DNA from: Petrotogales bacterium
Lineage (GTDB): Bacteria; Thermotogota; Thermotogae; Petrotogales; Kosmotogaceae
Reading direction: 5' to 3'
Length of the DNA: 36,982 bases
Assembly (NCBI GenBank): GCA_041694295.1
Contig: JASMTM010000008.1
Location: 1 to 36,982 of the forward strand
Shown: in pieces, positions 34,997-36,982 of the stretch
Layout: every line of letters begins with the position of its first letter
Position numbering within the stretch: the stretch's first letter is position 1
Translations under genes and position numbers: made by a program
The notes under the pieces: generated by a model
What the model was told of the DNA's origin: nothing
What the model saw: only the letters and a program-made list of their open reading frames with translations
Databases searched by the model: none

Positions 34997-35000
34997 TTTC

Positions 35001-35075
35001 TGGTACCCCCGGAAGGAATCGAACCTTCATTTGCGGATTAGGAATCCACCGTTCTATCCGTTGAACTACGGGGGC
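35001..35075 (-). tRNA. tRNA-Arg (anticodon CCU)
   Basis: Hand-folded 75-nt cloverleaf. Acceptor GCCCCCG/CGGGGGU. Anticodon stem GUGGA/UCCGC with loop UUCCUAA. T arm GAAGG-UUCGAUU-CCUUC. CCA is encoded. Confidence 0.9.
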
Positions 35076-35163
35076 ACACGCGCAAAATTATATCACTGGC
35101 CATTTAGCTTTTCAAGTTATCTATCTGGTAAAATAAGTAATATCCGCTTGTTAGGAGAATGCC

Positions 35164-35859
35164 ATGTTTCCGATTAAGGATAGCATAAAAAGTTCAAAAA
35201 CTCCTTATGTAACTTATGCAATTATCGTTCTGAACGTTGCAATTTTTCTGTATGAGCTTAGTCTCAACATGGCTGATCTTATTATTTTCGTTCACAGGTA
35301 TGGACTGGTTCCCACCAGATTTACAGAAGGAAAAATCTTGATTCAAGGAATGTATGAAATGTCAGTGAATCAGCTGAATTTCATTCCATTTCTAAGTTCC
35401 ACTTTTATGCATGGTGGGTGGATGCACATAATAACCAATATGTGGATACTGTTTGTTTTTGGAGACAACGTTGAAGGCAAGTTGGGGCACATACGTTTCC
35501 TGTTTTATTATTTGAGCTGGGGTGTGCTTGCAAATATTATTCAATTTTCTTTTATGCCAAACTCAAATGTGGCAATTATAGGCGCTTCAGGTTGTATAGC
35601 GGGAGTGATGGGTGCTTATTTGTATTTTTTCCCATGGAGCAGAATTTTAACAGTGGTCCCTATTTTATTTTTTCCACTTTTTTTTGAAATTCCTGCCTAC
35701 TTTTTTCTTGTTTTGTGGTTTTTTCTACAATTCTTTAATGGAGTGTTTAAGGTTACTTCTTCTGGTTCCGCGGGAGTTGCATGGTGGGCTCATATAGGTG
35801 GTTTTGTTATCGGTCTCGTAATGGCAATACATTTTGCGAGAAAGAAAGGTGAAGTATGA
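35164..35859 (+). CDS. Rhomboid-family intramembrane serine protease
   Basis: Motifs HGGWMHIITNMW, the catalytic GASGCIAGVMGAY, and the His context WWAHIGGFVIGL are present. Confidence 0.9.
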   Translation: MFPIKDSIKSSKTPYVTYAIIVLNVAIFLYELSLNMADLIIFVHRYGLVPTRFTEGKILIQGMYEMSVNQLNFIPFLSSTFMHGGWMHIITNMWILFVFGDNVEGKLGHIRFLFYYLSWGVLANIIQFSFMPNSNVAIIGASGCIAGVMGAYLYFFPWSRILTVVPILFFPLFFEIPAYFFLVLWFFLQFFNGVFKVTSSGSAGVAWWAHIGGFVIGLVMAIHFARKKGEV

Positions 35860-36707
35860 TGAAAAATATTGTAGCACTTGAAAGCACGGTTATAGCAAAG
35901 GGGCTTCCCGGCCCTTATAATGTTGAAACAGCTCTGGAAATGGAGACGATAGTAAAGCAAAACAGAGCGGTGCCAAAAACCATAGGAATTATCGCTGGGG
36001 AAGTGAGAATCGGTTTAACAAAGGAAGAAATAAAGTTTCTAGCAGACGACAAGAATGTCATCAAGGCTGGAACGGCTGAACTAGCCGCAGCTATTGTTGG
36101 AAAGAGAAATGCAGCGACCACGGTAAGTGCCACTATGTCACTTGCAAAAAAAGAAGGAATTGAAGTGTTTGCAACCGGCGGAATCGGTGGTGTTCATAGA
36201 CAAAGGACCTGGGATGTGTCTCAAGATATTGCTGAACTTTCCAAAAATTCTATGATTGTTGTTTGTTCAGGTTTTAAAAGTATTCTTGATATCGAAAGGA
36301 CAATAGAATTGCTTGAAACTTCCCAGATTACCACTGTTGGTTATAACACTGGCGTATTTCCTCTGTTTCATTCAAGAAGCAGTAGTTATAAATTGAGTTT
36401 CTCAACGGATGATCCATCAGAAATAAGAGATATTTTTCTTAAGAAAAAAGAACTGGGTTTATCCGGTGCGGTTCTGGTTCTAAATCCTGTTCCTGAAGAA
36501 GAGGAAATAGATTATGATAGGTTAAATAATTGGATAAGAAAAGCTGTAGATAATGCGGAAATAAAGAATGTAACCGGGAAAGATTTAACCACATTTTTAC
36601 TTTCCGAGCTGGCAAATTATTCTAATGGGCAGACGGTTAGGACCAACATTTCTTTGTTAAAAAACAACGCCAGAGTTGCTGCGATAATTGCCAGTACCTT
36701 CGCTTAG
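35856..36707 (+). CDS. psuG: Pseudouridine-5'-phosphate glycosidase
   Basis: IndA/PsuG signature: VALESTVIAKGLPGPYNVETA, ATTVSATM, VFATGGIGGVHR and VVCSGFKSILDI. Its start overlaps the rhomboid stop (ATGA). Confidence 0.9.
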   Translation: MMKNIVALESTVIAKGLPGPYNVETALEMETIVKQNRAVPKTIGIIAGEVRIGLTKEEIKFLADDKNVIKAGTAELAAAIVGKRNAATTVSATMSLAKKEGIEVFATGGIGGVHRQRTWDVSQDIAELSKNSMIVVCSGFKSILDIERTIELLETSQITTVGYNTGVFPLFHSRSSSYKLSFSTDDPSEIRDIFLKKKELGLSGAVLVLNPVPEEEEIDYDRLNNWIRKAVDNAEIKNVTGKDLTTFLLSELANYSNGQTVRTNISLLKNNARVAAIIASTFA

Positions 36708-36727
36708 TGTAACGTAACAAAAATCTA

Positions 36728-36982
36728 CTATTTAGTTTCATTTTTTTGATGTAACCATCTGGCTAGATAAATGAACGGTGTATCAAAGGCTGCTACAAAC
36801 CACTTGAATACATATGTTGTAAACACTACCTGCCACCATACATTTAGCTCCAGTGTTCCCCAAAAAGCAATGAACACAAAAATTAACGAATCGAGAAATT
36901 GACTTACCATGGTAGAAAGATTGTTTCTCAACCATAGATATTTTCCTTTGGTTAGGCGTTTCCAGAAATCGAATGCCCATAC
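36728..36982 (-). CDS. YhhQ/VUT-family queuosine-precursor transporter, 3' part (runs off the window)
   Basis: The reading frame stays open to the window edge. My own translation of 36932-36982 gives VWAFDFWKRLTKGKYLW, joining LRNNLSTMVSQFLDSLIF. That matches the conserved YhhQ C-terminal region. Confidence 0.8.
   Translation of the reverse strand, partial: VWAFDFWKRLTKGKYLWLRNNLSTMVSQFLDSLIFVFIAFWGTLELNVWWQVVFTTYVFKWFVAAFDTPFIYLARWLHQKNETK

Noticed and set aside
35001-35075. G1-U71 wobble at the top of the tRNA-Arg acceptor stem as a possible anomaly
   Set aside because: All other arms fold canonically and a terminal G-U pair is tolerated. I cannot exclude a small error in my hand fold, so I am not reporting it as a finding.

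Overview
A 36,982 bp, low-GC (roughly 35-37% by spot counts), densely coding chromosomal segment. The protein set suggests a Thermotogota-like thermophile: a split TrkA pair plus TrkH, a DUF4912+GH57 pair, and a large PpiD-like chaperone. That assignment is inference only, with no search run. I see no transposase, integrase, CRISPR array, rRNA or recognisable defence genes.

Gene order:
- GNAT acetyltransferase (-)
- LacI-controlled galactoside operon (-): lacI-family regulator, CUT1 binding protein, two permeases, GH42 beta-galactosidase
- OsmC-like protein (-)
- 815-aa secreted HExxH protein of unknown family (-)
- CIRCE-controlled groES-groEL (+)
- A long co-directional block (+): fused double feoA, feoB, small 4-TM protein, CheY-TPR response regulator, TrkA-N, TrkA, TrkH, hisS
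- DUF4912 + GH57 branching enzyme (+)
- PpiD/parvulin-like 706-aa protein (+)
- tRNA-Gln (-)
- TGS/uridine-kinase-like P-loop protein + CsoR-family repressor lacking the metal-ligand His (+)
- S41 C-terminal processing peptidase (+)
- MMPL/RND exporter + 6-TM protein + PPP-type metallophosphatase (+)
- Amidohydrolase (-), glutamate dehydrogenase (-), tRNA-Arg(CCU) (-)
- Rhomboid protease + psuG (+)
- 3' part of a YhhQ-type queuosine-precursor transporter (-)

Nothing here is an unmistakable novel system. The best second-look candidates are:
- the tightly coupled RND/6-TM/phosphatase trio
- the 815-aa HExxH/beta-barrel-like protein
- the feoB-coupled membrane protein and the CheY-TPR regulator in front of the Trk genes
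- the DUF4912-GH57 pair
- the TGS-kinase plus Cys-Tyr-Cys CsoR-like pair

All functional calls come from motif recognition by eye. None was verified by database search.
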